From Octopus sinensis (lineage: Eukaryota), in contig NC_042998.1 in the NCBI RefSeq assembly GCF_006345805.1, positions 177,692,001 through 177,756,000 on the forward strand: DNA of 64,000 bases. Direction: 5' to 3'. The position numbers and the translations under genes are program-made. Positions within the stretch are counted from its first letter, which is position 1. Each line of letters starts with the position of its first letter. Shown here piece after piece: positions 1 to 12,695 of this stretch. Under the pieces are notes generated by a model. The model was not told the origin of the DNA and did no database searches. It saw nothing but the letters and a program-made list of their open reading frames with translations.

Positions 1-61
1 GAAAAAAAGATAGTTCATTATTTACAATTGATGGATATTTGTCCTCATCTTGTTTGTTGTT

Positions 62-107
62 AACACGACGTTTCGGCTGATATACCCCACAGCTTTCATC
101 AGGTGTC
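62..107 (-). ncRNA. Minimal type I hammerhead ribozyme motif
   Basis: Minus strand reads GACAC-CUGAUGA-A-AGCUG(UGGGGUAUAU)CAGCC-GAAA-CG-UC-GUGUU. Helix I is GACAC/GUGUU, both core boxes are present, helix II is GCUG/CAGC, helix III is the palindrome ACGU, and the cleavage triplet is GUC. Confidence 0.75.
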
Positions 108-260
108 TTGGGGAAATTTCAAACCTGGGTTCTCATCACTAAGGTATTTTTCGATGTTGTTATTGTTATTATTATTCAGGTCACTGCTTGGAATCAAACT
201 CAGAATAACAACAACAAAAAATACCTTAAGAAGGAGAACCTAGGTTTGAAACTTCCCCCA

Positions 261-303
261 GACACCTGATGAAAGCTGGAGAGTATATCAGCCGAAATGT
301 GTT
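261..303 (+). ncRNA. Degenerate hammerhead motif (right arm of palindromic element)
   Basis: GACAC-CTGATGA-AAGCTG…CAGCC-GAAA-TGTGTT. The helix III/cleavage region has a small deletion relative to the left arm. Confidence 0.5.
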
Positions 304-474
304 AACAACAAACAAAATGAGGACAAATATCTGTCAATTGTAAATAATGCACATAATTCCTCATCTCTTAAATATAGAAAAAGATAGTTGTTTACAACCG
401 TCTCCATCACCTTTGAGGTATTATCAATTCAAAAGGCTTAATCGAAATAACACAACAGTTTGAGAACGTTTATC

Positions 475-527
475 AGTGTAAATGTCAGTAGAGTGTAAAT
501 GTCAGTAGAGTGTAAACTGTCAAGTAG
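475..527 (+). repeat. 17-bp tandem repeat, about 3 copies
   Basis: AGTGTAAATGTCAGTAG twice, then the diverged AGTGTAAACTGTCAAGTAG. Confidence 0.8.
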
Positions 528-3211
528 AAGATTTCAAATATAGAAAACTTTTGAGTACTTTCTTTCTTGACTGGCATTTAAATTCACCAAATGTTTTTTT
601 ACTAAAATGTTTTCTAATTAGTCATACTTCATTAGATATCAACAAAAACAGCAAACAGAAAATTACATCATTTTAAAACATTATTAGTACCTCAGCAAAA
701 AAAAAAAATAAAATAAAGCCTAGTGTATAACATTTAAATATATTCTATTTAAAGAAAAACCTAAAACAAATTTAATATTTTACGAACTTCATTATGTACT
801 AAATATTTTAAATTTGAAAGAATCGCATTTACATTTGCTGAAAGACTGTATCACTATACACATATAACAGAATCATGTTTAGAGTTAGCACTATACTAAA
901 GAAATGTGATGTGGCAATAAGAACAAATAGTAATCGGAACAAGTTGGTGGGCCTGCAGCTTGGCACCTGAAGAAGTAATCTTATGCAGGCCAGTATCATA
1001 AGTTGCTGGATCAAGTTAAGATGCATGGTGATATGAGGCTCTTGAAAGGACCGACCCAACTCAGTGAGATTGCATTCTGGAAGTGCTCTGTGTATGTGTA
1101 TGCACAACTGGACCCTTCGCCCAAATTCCTCTTCAAGACACCACCCATCATCTCTCTAACTGCAACTCTTCTTTGATATCGCCTATTTTTCTTCTATCTG
1201 ATGCCATTTTACTTGCTATTAGTTCTTCATTCATTAATACTGTTCTCTCCACCTACGCTGTATATTGATCACCCATTCCCTTGGGGTTTATAGTTTTGCA
1301 ACCAGCATGGCAACCTCAGTAGTATTAGTGGCTTGAATAGAAAAGAAAAAAAAGTACCTAGTACATGTTCTAAAGTGGTTGGGGTTTAGAAGGGTATCTA
1401 ATCATGACAAAACAGACAGAGTACAATATAGTTCTTGGAGCCATCAGATGGATATTAAATGACAATGACGACAGTGTAAAATTGAAGGACTGATAAAGCT
1501 TAGCTGGGTAAGAAGGTTATGGAAAGTTTTGGTTTTATTATGGTATTTTTTTTATTGACTGCAAAACAACACATTGTTAATTCTTCCTTCTAATCGATCA
1601 ACTGTGTGGGATATCAGTCACAAACTACAAGAATGGTAATTATGAGTGTTGCATTAAAATTTGGGCATCTATCAATTTGGTAATGTTACTACTATTCTGA
1701 TATTCTGTAAGTAAACTAGCGCTCTATACATTGCTGTCCTTTGCCTTTTCTTCCCATTTTTTTTCTAATTAAAAATGAAATACATAAATAAATGTTTAAG
1801 AGTGAATTTTAAAGTTTTAAGGCTTAGAATTTCCAATATTTTCACTATGGAAATACACATCATATTATATATACATTAAGGAATGTATGTATGACTATGA
1901 GTACTTTGATTTTAATTTCTCATATCTTTAAATATTGATGTCTAGTATTCAGAGATAAGCAATTTAAATGTATTTAATATTATATAACATGTAAGTTACA
2001 TTATAATTATACATTCATAATACAGACATTTGTGCTAAAATATGCATATAAATACATCATTTCGAAAACAAAGATACCAAATTTCTTATAAAAAGAAAGA
2101 GAAATAAGAACAAAGACAGACAGCAGAATTTTCTAGTCAGGACAGATAGACAGACGAGATAATATGAAATGGTGGCAAAACTTGAAGTAATTTTCACACA
2201 GAGGCAGAAGTGAAACTTTGAGATCATGCCAGTTTATAAATAAAAATGGATTTAAGAATATTTACATGCACAACAAAAAAACAATTTCAAAATAAAGAGA
2301 TGTGACAGACAGATAGATAGATAGATAGAAAGATGAAAAAAATTGAAAATGACAAAGATATGAAACAATAAAACAAGAGCTTAATCTATTGTACATATAT
2401 GCATTAATTTACAATTGAAATATCAATTGGAGAAAATGTAAATTCAATCAATTTGTACAAAAATATTGGATAAATTAGCAGGTTTCCACTGGAATATAAT
2501 TAACATAAATATTATTATTTAAACAATATTAGGGTTAGTAGATTGGCAGTTCTCCAAGACATGAGCATTTTACCAAAGCACTTTAGAAAGAGAGGATGAG
2601 AGATATGGAAGAGAAAGACAGAACACTTAATAGTGTTACAGTTTGTTTTGTACACAAGAATGCAGTAAAAAGTCATTTTTACCTGACAAAAGAAAGGGAA
2701 GGTATAAGGAACCAACAGATATACTAATTAATTCAAATTGATTTGAGCAAATTTATACATTTTTATATCATAAAATGCCATACCTTCTCTTTCTTCCTAA
2801 AAAAACAACAACTAATTACACAAATATTTACCTAATTAACATTTCCCAGCAATCAGGGAAAAGGTGTGACTTCTTCCAGTTGAATTACATTAAATACTGC
2901 TTAAGCAAACAAATGGTGGGTATTTAAGACACAGATACTAAATTTAAAGACTTAAGATGAAACCTCACAATCTGCGGCAGAACTTTTACAATATTGCAAC
3001 TGATTTAACTGTAGCCTGTTTTCTATTTCTAGCAACTGAGAAATATATGTTAGTAAGGAGTTAACAGTCTAAATGAGAGCTGTAGTGATGGGAAAGCAGA
3101 GGGGGGTGGGACTCAATAAAGATCTATATATAGAAACTATGAACAATCCAAGAGAGGAGGCATTAAAATAATAAAACAATATGAATGGTATATACTGGCG
3201 TGTGTGTGTAT

Positions 3212-3215
<4 letters not shown>

Positions 3216-3275
<60 letters not shown>
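3216..3275. repeat. (TA)n(CA)n microsatellite
   Basis: Directly visible. Confidence 0.95.
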
Positions 3276-3600
3276 TAAAATCACCCATAAACAAACATTA
3301 CTAAAGCTGGAAGTGCAATACTAGCAGGTGAGGAAGAAAATTATATGCTTATTTGAAAAAGTTGGAGTGAATTAAAATCAGGAGGAAAGATTAATTAGGG
3401 ATATAAGAACTGTTTGCAAATGCCAATTGGGTAAACAGTAGTTAATTTGCATATACTTATGTATGTAAGACTCATAGTCTTGGGCAGCTTTGCACAAAAG
3501 CAGCTCATTAGAAGAACAGAAAATGTTTAGCCACAGGTTTGGAGTTACCTCAAGCAATGTTTCAGAAGTAAAAGACATGCTCATAGAAGGATCATCTACA

Positions 3601-4688
3601 CAGGTGGTTCTCAACTTTTCGTTTTTTAGCTCATGTCCCCCTTCCAAACTTACAAAAACCCTGATAATTCGCCAGTGGTGGAACCTATTTTACTATTTGT
3701 TAATCAGCTCCGTCGCATGACTTTTAGAGGGCCCCCAGCAACTTTTTGTTTCGAGGCCCCGTCCCTCCAATCAAAACTCATAATCTACATACCTTTTATT
3801 CATAGCTATATTTTACTTTATTCTATCTGAAGTTCAATATTTCATGTTATCCTGAAGAACATCTTTAAAAGTACAGCAAGTTAAATTTATTTAATGAATA
3901 AAAGAGCACTTTTATAATCCAGGTAACTTTCAAAGACAAACACGGCACATTTTCTACTTCGCAAAATCATTGATCAGTTCAGTATAATCAAGCTGAGAGC
4001 TAAGCCTGTGTTCAATAGATATCATAGACAATCCACAAAATTTGGTACACATTCGTAGTACAATGTAATATTTTTACAAGAACATTTGCAGGTACAATGT
4101 ATTACCCTTATATTTCTTGAAATTTTCAGTTAACATAGTTTAATTATTTTTCAAAATCTTAAACAAAGTAAATAGATGACTCATCTACATACTTTGATCT
4201 TAACATGGAGCCCCTCAACCACAGAGGCCCCCTGTGATTGTAGGGGTTGCAGGGGCTTAACAATAACCCTGATGTTTATTGCTGATGTTTCATATATTAA
4301 AAAAAAAACAATAGTATTTGCAGCAACTTTACACAACAAAATTCTATAATATAAATGTGCAATCAGTGTATAAGATGCAAGGACTGCCAAAAACTGACTT
4401 TAATATTTAAAAAAAAATCTTGGTCTTCTTATGCCCTTCAGATTTTACCAAAAACTTTAATAAAAATTGTTTCTATGTAATAGTCTTGAATTTAGTTTTA
4501 GTAACTAGATAGTACATGGTGATAAACTACCTAAGTGTTCAATATTTATGGTGTTGAGAGTATTAATACAGCAGCTAAATTTGTGTGTGGTGTCTTCAGA
4601 AATTTTTATGTCTTCCAAATGTTCCATTCTTTTTAGGCCCACCAAAAGCATATTGTGGAGCAATATACCTACTGGTTAAGAGTCAATG
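3601..4688. mobile_element. Degenerate hAT (Charlie-like termini) non-autonomous element carrying a nested element
   Basis: Left end CAGGTGGTTCTCAAC. The right end reverse-complements to CATTGACTCTTAACC. Both resemble CAGTGGTTCTCAAC-type hAT TIRs. Confidence 0.45.
3705..4271 (-). mobile_element. hAT (Tip100/ZMYM1-like) deletion derivative retaining the C-terminal dimerisation-domain fragment
   Basis: Minus strand ~3930-4040 translates GLSMISIEHRLSSQLDYTELINDFAK*K, like hAT C-termini. Ends are CAG…CTG with GGGCCC/GGCCCC subterminal motifs. Imperfect 8-bp flanks: TTGTTAAT and ATGTTTAT. Confidence 0.6.
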
Positions 4689-4979
4689 ACCTAAATGGTG
4701 CATTATAATTGTTCATAGTTTTTGTATAATTCTTCTCCAATTCTTCCTCATACCCTCTTCAAGTTTAACACATTAAATTAACGCATAATATCTTCATCAA
4801 TGCTGCCACTGAATTTAAGACATTTATTATTTATGAGGTATTCTATATTTTTCAAAATGTACCTATCCTAATGCTGGAGAAATTATAACAATCAAGCACA
4901 GACCGAATTTAATTTTGAAAAATTACATTAACACCTAAATAACATATGTAAATGACATATCTAAACTAATTTATCCTAA

Positions 4980-7620
4980 TGATAATTTTATCAAAGCTAA
5001 TTAACCTTAATTTTGATATTTGGTTCTGTTTAGTGAGAAGAATGAAACATTTTTCTTTTGTTTTTGAAAGTTTAGGAATATCACATGGCTTTGAAGAAAT
5101 TGCTATTCTTAGTTCATTACTCAGGTTTTTGTCAGTAAGTTTGGTACATAGACAATTTTTTTTTTGCATAATTCAATTTGGAAAAAACTGCTCACATTGA
5201 TAAGTTGTTGAAAACTGAGATTCAAATTTCAAGGCATTTTTATTTCTCAGGATTTATGGATTTGTAGAAGTCCAATAAAAACAGATTATTACATTTCGAT
5301 TTTATTAAGTTATCCGACTGCAAATCAACTCTAATTGTAAGGAATCTGGAGCCTCCTCAGGACACTTATCAAAAGGTGTTTCCGATTTTGTTATCTTGTA
5401 TTTCTGGAAATTTCTTCAAAAGGACTTTCACACTCGTCAGAGTATTTTGTTGATTTATTATTTTGTTCCCTCAATTTGGGAAAACGTGTGAAACACTTTC
5501 TTTTCAATTGTGTGACAAATAAATGAAGCATTGATTCAAAGTTTTTGCTATGAGAAAGCAAGCTGGTAATTAGCCATGTAGAAGATACTGTAGTTTCAAG
5601 TTCAAAGTATTTAACTGACTAGTTATGTCTACTAAAAATGCTAGATCACTTTGAAGCTTTTTACCTTCCAGCTCTACAAACAGGAACACCTTTAATTTCA
5701 ATAAAAATTTTCACTTCATAAATTGCTTAAGCTTTTGGGTCTTACTTAACCACCTAACTTCACAATGGTACAATAAATCCCCATATTCAGCTTCAAGATC
5801 TTCCAAAAATTCTTTAAGTTCCCTATTATTCAACTCTTTGCTTTTTATCAAATTAATGGCCTTAGTTACAACTTGCATTACATTGCCTGTCTTCAGAGAT
5901 TTTGCACATAAACTTTCCATATGAATAATGCAGTGACACAAAGTTTTCGGATTCGAAAGACGCTTCTTAAATTCATTCTTAATCAGAGCTATGAACCCTT
6001 GTTCACGGCCTGTCATAGATGGAGCACCATTTTTTCATACAGTAAATTTATCATCTTTTCATATGGTAAATCAAAATCCTTTAAGGCTGAGTCAACTGTT
6101 TGGAATAAATCTTCACCTCTAGTTGATTTCAAGGCAAGAAATTCTTCTCAAATGTTGAATTTTGCAGTTATTCCATGTATAAATATTGCCATCTGAGCAG
6201 TATTAGACAGATCAGTTGTATTATCAATAGCTAATGAATACAATATGAATTCTGCTGAATCGGATTTTAAAGTATTTTTAATATCTTTAATACGATCAGA
6301 AACAGTTCTTCTTGATAAGATAATAATTCCAAACAAATTAAGATTTTTCTGGGCATATATTCTCAACAGCAGGAAGGATACATTCTTTCATGAATTCATC
6401 ATCACTATGTGGTTTGAGTTCTTTAGCAATGTTTTCGCATACTCCATAACTAGCTCAAGTTACTGATTCACTTTCAAGAATCGGCTTTTAAAAAACAGTT
6501 TGTCTTTTGGTCTGATTTTCTTTCAAGGAGGCTAGTTTGTCTAAATGTTCAGATTCTATAAACAGCTACTTGTTTGTTGCAAATAAGACACATGCACTTG
6601 TTATCTATTTCAATAGAAAAAATAAAACTCAAGTCATTTTTCATCAAACAAAGCACGTTCACTAGCACATGTTTTTTTAGGATTTTTATAACCACTTGCC
6701 ATATTGAGAAGAGCATTGAAAAACTGACTTAACAAAGTTAATGAAGTTATAAACTGGTTAAATTTATATTATCACTTTCGAATTTTTGTTATTGTTGCCT
6801 GGGAAAAACAAAAGCCAACTGATTTCTAGTCATATTGCATCATTCCTCTTGTAAAAAATAGTAAAAAGTAAAAATCTGCAAAAAATTAAGATATTGTTTG
6901 GTTGATTTTTCTCTCTCCCCTGTCCACACAGGTTGATAAGCAGATAGGTAGGGAAGGACAATAACTGATAAGCTGATGACAGATGAAAGTAGCTCCTGTA
7001 GACCTTCTTGACACTGACTGATAGCAAAAATGCAATACCTCTTATTTTTCACTGCTTTTTCAGAAAAAAGTAATATTTTTTGATAATCCTGTTCACAAAG
7101 CACCAAATTAATAGTTTCTGTTTTGATGAAGCTTTACCAATTTGTTTTTGATTTTTAATAGATTTTTTAATATTTTTGCTTATCGAGTAACAGAAAGAGG
7201 GTGAGTGTTGATTTTAGAAATTTTCTTTGTAAAAATGTGAAAAATGAAATAGGGAGAAAAATTTTTAATATTTGGGGTTCTTGGATATGAGTAATTTTTA
7301 CACAGTATCTTCTACAATCCTTCAGATTCTATTTCATATAAAAATTATTTTGATACATGCAATATAGTTTTAGGAATGTAGTTGGGTCTCAAGGAGGTGG
7401 TACAAAATTTCCATTCAAATGGACAATTTCTGTACGAGTTTGACTGTTTTAGGCCGTAGTGGAAATGTGAACTATGTTGCAAGTAGACATGAATATTGTA
7501 TGAATTTTATAATTGAAAAATTTACTATATTTTGTAGATACAAGTATATCAGCATGCAGGCACAAAAAAATGGGCTTGCAGGAGCAATTACACCCACAGG
7601 TAGGGGTCTCCCCACCCCTG
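4980..7620 (-). mobile_element. Decayed hAT transposon (SPIN/Charlie/GTF2IRD2-EPM2AIP1-like transposase pseudogene)
   Basis: Minus-strand fragments: LSRRTVSDRI, YSLAIDNTTDLSNTAQMAIFIHG, GAPSMTG, HCIIHMESLCAK, YGDLLYHCEVRWLS, LTDKNLSNELRIA. There are multiple frameshifts and stops. The 5' end at 7620 reads CAGGGGTGGGGAGACC; the other terminus was not located. Confidence 0.88.
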
Positions 7621-8404
7621 ATCTACAGCTTTGTCACTAACATACTATTCTACAGCAGATTGCAAATTTCAAACACATGAGCTTATAAAAGTAGATATGC
7701 AACAAAATATACAAGATAAAACAAGTAGAGAAAAATGCAGAAGACACTCTTTTTTTGGGTAGTGTAATTCAGATATTTCTATATTTCCGAGAAACATTTA
7801 GAACTGAATATTTCAAAAGATCTGCTATTTAAAGATGAAATAATTTCTTACTGTAATGGCCAGTGCTCCAATTGCTTTATTATTAATGGAATGTTGCAAG
7901 TTTGGTCCCTTTCTACTATTACTTTCATGGAAGGTGTTCCTACCAGTCCTGGAATTTTCCACCAGAACTCAATTTTCAAAATTTAGGAAACTGTGTTTAT
8001 GCTTCTTGGATATCTCGTGGACATACTCCAGGTTCCATGAGGTGAAGGTTTCCTCCTCCTCACCAAATGACCATTATTGTAGAATGAAATCTCTCCTCAC
8101 TGTTTTCCAGCAGATCTTTATAAATTTAGAGTTAATAGGTACCATGCTTAATGTTGGAGTTTTCTTCCTTTATTATTTTTATTGATTCTTTTATTACCAT
8201 CTCATCCTACTTTTGTTTTATTAGATCCTTTGTTGTCATCTCAGACTTCTAATACCATCTCAGTGTATTCCATTAACATTTTTTATCAGTCATTTTATGC
8301 TTTTATTTGCCATCTTAAATATGCCTTTTATATAGATTGTTGCTATATAGATAGTTCTGCTAGGGATAACTTACTGAATATGAGAAGCATCCATACCTTT
8401 TCTC

Positions 8405-8620
8405 AATGAGCCATTAAGGAAACCTTAACCCAGTTGCTTAACCTGTTAAAAATAGCAGAATCTCCCTCCATTCACACTCTACCATCTTAAAAATAGGAAG
8501 CGCATATTTTATTAAAGCAGCTACAATATGCCTAAGAGAAAACTACAGCATCATCACAGCTGGAATGTATTTAACTATAACTCTGCTGAATATAAAGGGT
8601 TAGCTAGGGTTATACAGCAA
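8405..8620 (-). repeat. Degenerate interspersed repeat, same family as 12490-12695 and 21905-22085
   Basis: The reverse complement shares TTAGCCC/TTAACCCT…CATTCCAGC…GAC…AGATTT…GCTATTT motifs with the other two copies. Confidence 0.45.
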
Positions 8621-9175
8621 TACAACCTTTTTTCTTGACATGATTAATCTACATTTAATGTCACTTACAATCATTAGCAAGTTGTTTTCATGAAAATATT
8701 CTGAATGCTAAATTGTAATATTCTCAGTTCTAAGTAATTCATACATTATTACTAATAGTTCAGTAAAAGAATAACAACGAAAATATAAGATTTTCCTTAG
8801 CCAAAGATTAATTTCCTATATCTTATTTCAAGAAACCTTTTAAATCAGAACACACACACACTACAGTTATATTTGAAACAAATATAAGTCATATTATCTC
8901 TTGTGTATGAATTTATGACTCAGTAATAGGAAGAAGCAAATGAATCCTACACCCATTAAATCAGAGAAGCAACAGCCTGACTGAGCTTGTTTTCTAACTA
9001 TATTTATATGCAAATTGAACTAGTATGACATACTACTAGATTACTTGTCAATTATATAGTGCAGCTGTTGCTTAACGAGGTAAGCAGTACCATTAAATGG
9101 TACCTTTTAACAACTATATAGACTGAGCTATCTGACAGTTAAGTGCCTTAGTCACTGAGACAGTATAACAATATA

Positions 9176-10449
9176 CGAGGGGGTACCCAAAAGTAACTGG
9201 AAACATTCTCTGTGGGACAAGCCAATTGTAGTTCAGGCCTCTGCTGCTAGAAGCCACTTGATGCGACCCTCAAGCATCAGTTTGCTTCTGAGGTTGTACT
9301 GTCACATGATGCATCTTTGTTCTGCAGTGCTTCTCCTCTGTTCACTGATTTTTGCAATGGCTGAAACAAAGGAACAGCATGCCTCCATGAAATTCTGATT
9401 TTTGTTGGGGAAAATGGCAGCCGAGACTGTTGTCATGCTTGAAACAACTTATAAGGACACTGCCATGAGCAAAACACAAGTTTATGAGTGGTTTTCATGC
9501 TTCAGGAATGGTCACTTGTCACTTTTTTGAGTGAGGAATTGCAAATGAAAAGATTTGCAGAAAAATTTGTGCCTCACTTGCTCATCGAAGATTAAAAGCA
9601 GTCACAACTGAATGTGTGCTGTGAAGTGAAAGAACAGTAGGAGGTTGATTCAGACCTTTTTCAAAAGTTATCAGAGAAGGGAGGATGCCCAAAACCGGGT
9701 GAGATGGTGTGGGTGCTGTTGCTATGGTATTGAGGTAGATCTAGCCACCTCCGTTAACAAGGACAAAACCCAGATTCAGAATGATAGATGATGATCACTG
9801 GTGATGAAAGCTGGTGCTATGGTTATGACCCGGAAACAAAAGAGCAATTAAGTCAATGGAAGCATTCGATATTATCACATCCCAAAAAAGCACGTCAAGT
9901 GAAGTCCAATGTCAAGATGATGCGGATTTGTTTCATCAATGCAAAATGAATTGTCCACACAGAATTTGTTTCTCCAGGTCAAATTGTTAACCAGACATTT
10001 TACTTGGCACTTCTAAGGCATTTGCAAGATGCAGTGATATGAAAGTGCCCCATCCTGTGGCAAAGTGGAGAGTGGTGGCTTCATCATGACAATGCACCTA
10101 TGCACACCGCCTTGAGTGTAAGACAGTTTTTGACCGAAAATGGCATGACCCCACTTACCCACTCTCCCTGTTCACCTGATCTTGCTCCCTGTGACATTTT
10201 TTTGTTACTCTGAATGAAAAGAGTCCTTAACGGAAAACGTTTTGCAGATGTGGAAGAGGTGAAGACGGAGACATTAAAAGGTGTCACTTCGCAAGAGCTC
10301 CACGACTGCTTCAAATAGTGGAAAACACATCTGGACCAATGCATTGCTTCAAATAGAGAATACTTTGAAGGCAGTAAAAGTGTAAGCATGTAAAACTAAG
10401 TGAATAAAACATTATTGCAAAATTCCGGTTTCTTTTAGGCACCCCCTCG
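9176..10449 (+). mobile_element. mariner (Tc1/mariner DD34D-type) transposon with a pseudogenised transposase
   Basis: TIRs CGAGGGGGTACCCAAAAGTAACTGGAA and TTCCGGTTTCTTTTAGGCACCCCCTCG, with TA on both sides. Transposase remnants: MAETKEQHASMKF*FLLGK, SKTQVYEWF, FVPHLL, ITGDESWCYGYDPETK, HHDNAPMH, SPDLAPCD. Confidence 0.93.
9674..9793 (+). mobile_element. ~120-bp retroelement 3'-end insertion inside the mariner transposase
   Basis: Interrupts KV|ITGDE. Flanked by ATCA duplications (9670-9673 and 9794-9797) and ends in a GATGATG tail. Confidence 0.6.
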
Positions 10450-12067
10450 TAGACACATGATTCAGCTTATAAGTTGACACTATCTGCTCAGTTAGTTAGA
10501 GATCTCAGGTTCTTGGAATTAGCACATAATTTAGTTCTCGTGGTTTTAAATATCAACTAAAAAGGTAAGGACAAATTTCAGTAAGTCTAATTACTTTTAA
10601 AATTCACATATAAAAAGTAATTTTGCATAAAAATTTGTGATTTTCAAAAAAAAAAAAAATTCATCACATACAGACACTTGCACATATTTCTTAACTATAA
10701 TTACACAAAGTTAAAATCTTGGTTATTCATCAAAAATGTTGTGTGTTTTCCATCTGAAGGTTACTATTCATACTATACAATATTCCATTAAAATTTTCCT
10801 AGTTGTAACCCAAACATGTTCTAGAAAAATGTCCCATTAGATATCATTATTTTTTCCCTCAAATTCCATTTACTATTGATAACTGTTACTTCTCATGTTA
10901 CAATAAAATACTGTAGTCAAATTCCACAGCAGAAATGCTTAAGATCTGCAACTTACCACTGATAATGCAAAGTAACATTAAACAGTTCATAAGAGATTAA
11001 TTTGCTTGCAGAAATTTTATGTTAAAAAAAAATGTAATTCTTAAACAAGGCAAATAGTATATCTAGATAAATTTTTAATGGAATATTCTAAAACATAACA
11101 TCTGAGATGTCTGCTAGAAGACAAAATCTTGAAGACTAGCATATAAGAAAGAAGAAAAACATGCTATTACACACAGGTTAATTGTATGTTGTCAAGAGCA
11201 ATCAAATTAACATCAGTTGTACTGACAATGAATGTGTGTTACCATGCTCCACATCCAAATAAGATTAATACAAAATTATTGAACAGACTACCACTTTATG
11301 GAAACCATAGAGAAAAGAGAATGCTGTGAATTTGGATGGAAGACTAACAAAAACCAAGTTAAAAAGCTATCATTTCATATTGCTTTAAATTTTACTTACA
11401 CAAAGAGCAATAAGACTGACAAGTGTAAATAGACAGGGAAGACCTAACTTGCAGAATTACATTCATTTGAATATATTGGAAGTTGATGCTAGGGAAATAG
11501 TATCTAGCAATCTATGTCAGCATCCAGAAACAAGGTAAAAAATATATATAGAACAAAAGAGAAAAATGTCCTAGCTATTGGCAACATACCCCTTTCATTT
11601 GAATAGCATAGAAGTCTATTGATTTAGAACATGTAAAAATATTTTATCAGATTGTAAAGATCAGAAAACTTTCCTAATTAAAAAGAGAGATAAAAGGGAT
11701 CATATGTGTAATATGAACTATAAATGACTGCTGTTTCTACATCAATAAGAATTGAAAAAAAGTAGAGCCCAACTACTTGTGCTGATTTTGTCAAAAGGCA
11801 ATGAAATCTTTGGAAAGCAGTTTTTAAAAAATGCAGTTCAATGCTTGCAGTCATATGTGAAAGAAAAATCCAAGAACCAGGTGTTAAAATACATCATCAA
11901 TGAAAAGCTGGATATAACTGCAACATGAGTTACAAAGTACTATAAAGAAACAGCATTTATTAAGATGTCACGACTTCTGAATCTTCAAACATTTAAATAA
12001 TACAGCAAATTATTGTGCTAATTTCATAATTAGATATGCTTACTATACAATCAGTTATAATGAAAGG

Positions 12068-12451
12068 GGAGGCGCAATAGCCCAGTGGTTAGGGCAGCGG
12101 ACTTGCGGTCATAGGATCACGGTTTTGATTCCCAGACCAGGCATTGTGAGAGTTTATTGAGCGAAAACACCTAAAGCTCCATGAGGCTCCGGCAGGGGAT
12201 GGTGGTGATCCCTGCTGTACTCTTTCACCACAACTTTCTCTCACTCTTACTTCCTGTTTCTTTTGTACCTGTATTTCAAAGGGCCAGCCTTGTCACTCTC
12301 TGTGTTACGCTGAATATCCCCGAGAACTACGTTAAGGGTACACGTGTCTGTGGAGTGCTCAGCCACTTACACGTTAATTTCACGAGCAGGCTGTTCCGTT
12401 GATCGGATCAACCGGAACCCTCATTGTCGTAACCGACGGAGTGCTTCCCCC
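12068..12451 (+). mobile_element. tRNA(Arg)-like SINE, full length with TSD (resembles octopus OR-type SINEs)
   Basis: A-box TAGCCCAGTGG and B-box-like GGTTTTGATTCC. 12-bp TSD TATAATGAAAGG at 12056-12067 and 12452-12463. Confidence 0.85.
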
Positions 12452-12489
12452 TATAATGAAAGGAAGTTTAATTTTTCTGTGCATTATCT

Positions 12490-12695
12490 TCTGTTAGTGT
12501 TGATTAGCCCCAGGTTAACCCTAAATGTGCAGACCTATTATCAAAAACATTCTAGTAATGACCTCTCTGTCTTTTATATGTCAAGGACTGTGTTACCTAG
12601 CATGCCTTACATTTTTAAAGATAGTAATGCATAATATGAAATAGATTTGGGAACTATTTCTAGCAAGGCTAGTGACCACAAAGAGGTTCCTTCAT
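12490..12695 (+). repeat. Degenerate interspersed repeat
   Basis: Shares motifs with 21905-22085 (GTT..TTAGCCC, AAAAGCATTC, TGAAATAGATTTGG, TATTTCTAGCA). Confidence 0.5.

Larger units (their letters stand above)
16..377. mobile_element. Palindromic non-autonomous Penelope-like element with hammerhead motifs and a partial tRNA-like head (copy 1)
   Basis: Arms ~16-150 and ~217-349 are inverted copies of each other. Flanked by the direct repeat AAAAAGATAGTT (4-15 and 378-389). Same family as 55468-56075. Confidence 0.75.

Noticed and set aside
475-527. Short direct repeats as a possible CRISPR-like array
   Set aside because: Head-to-tail tandem units with no spacers, in a eukaryotic context.
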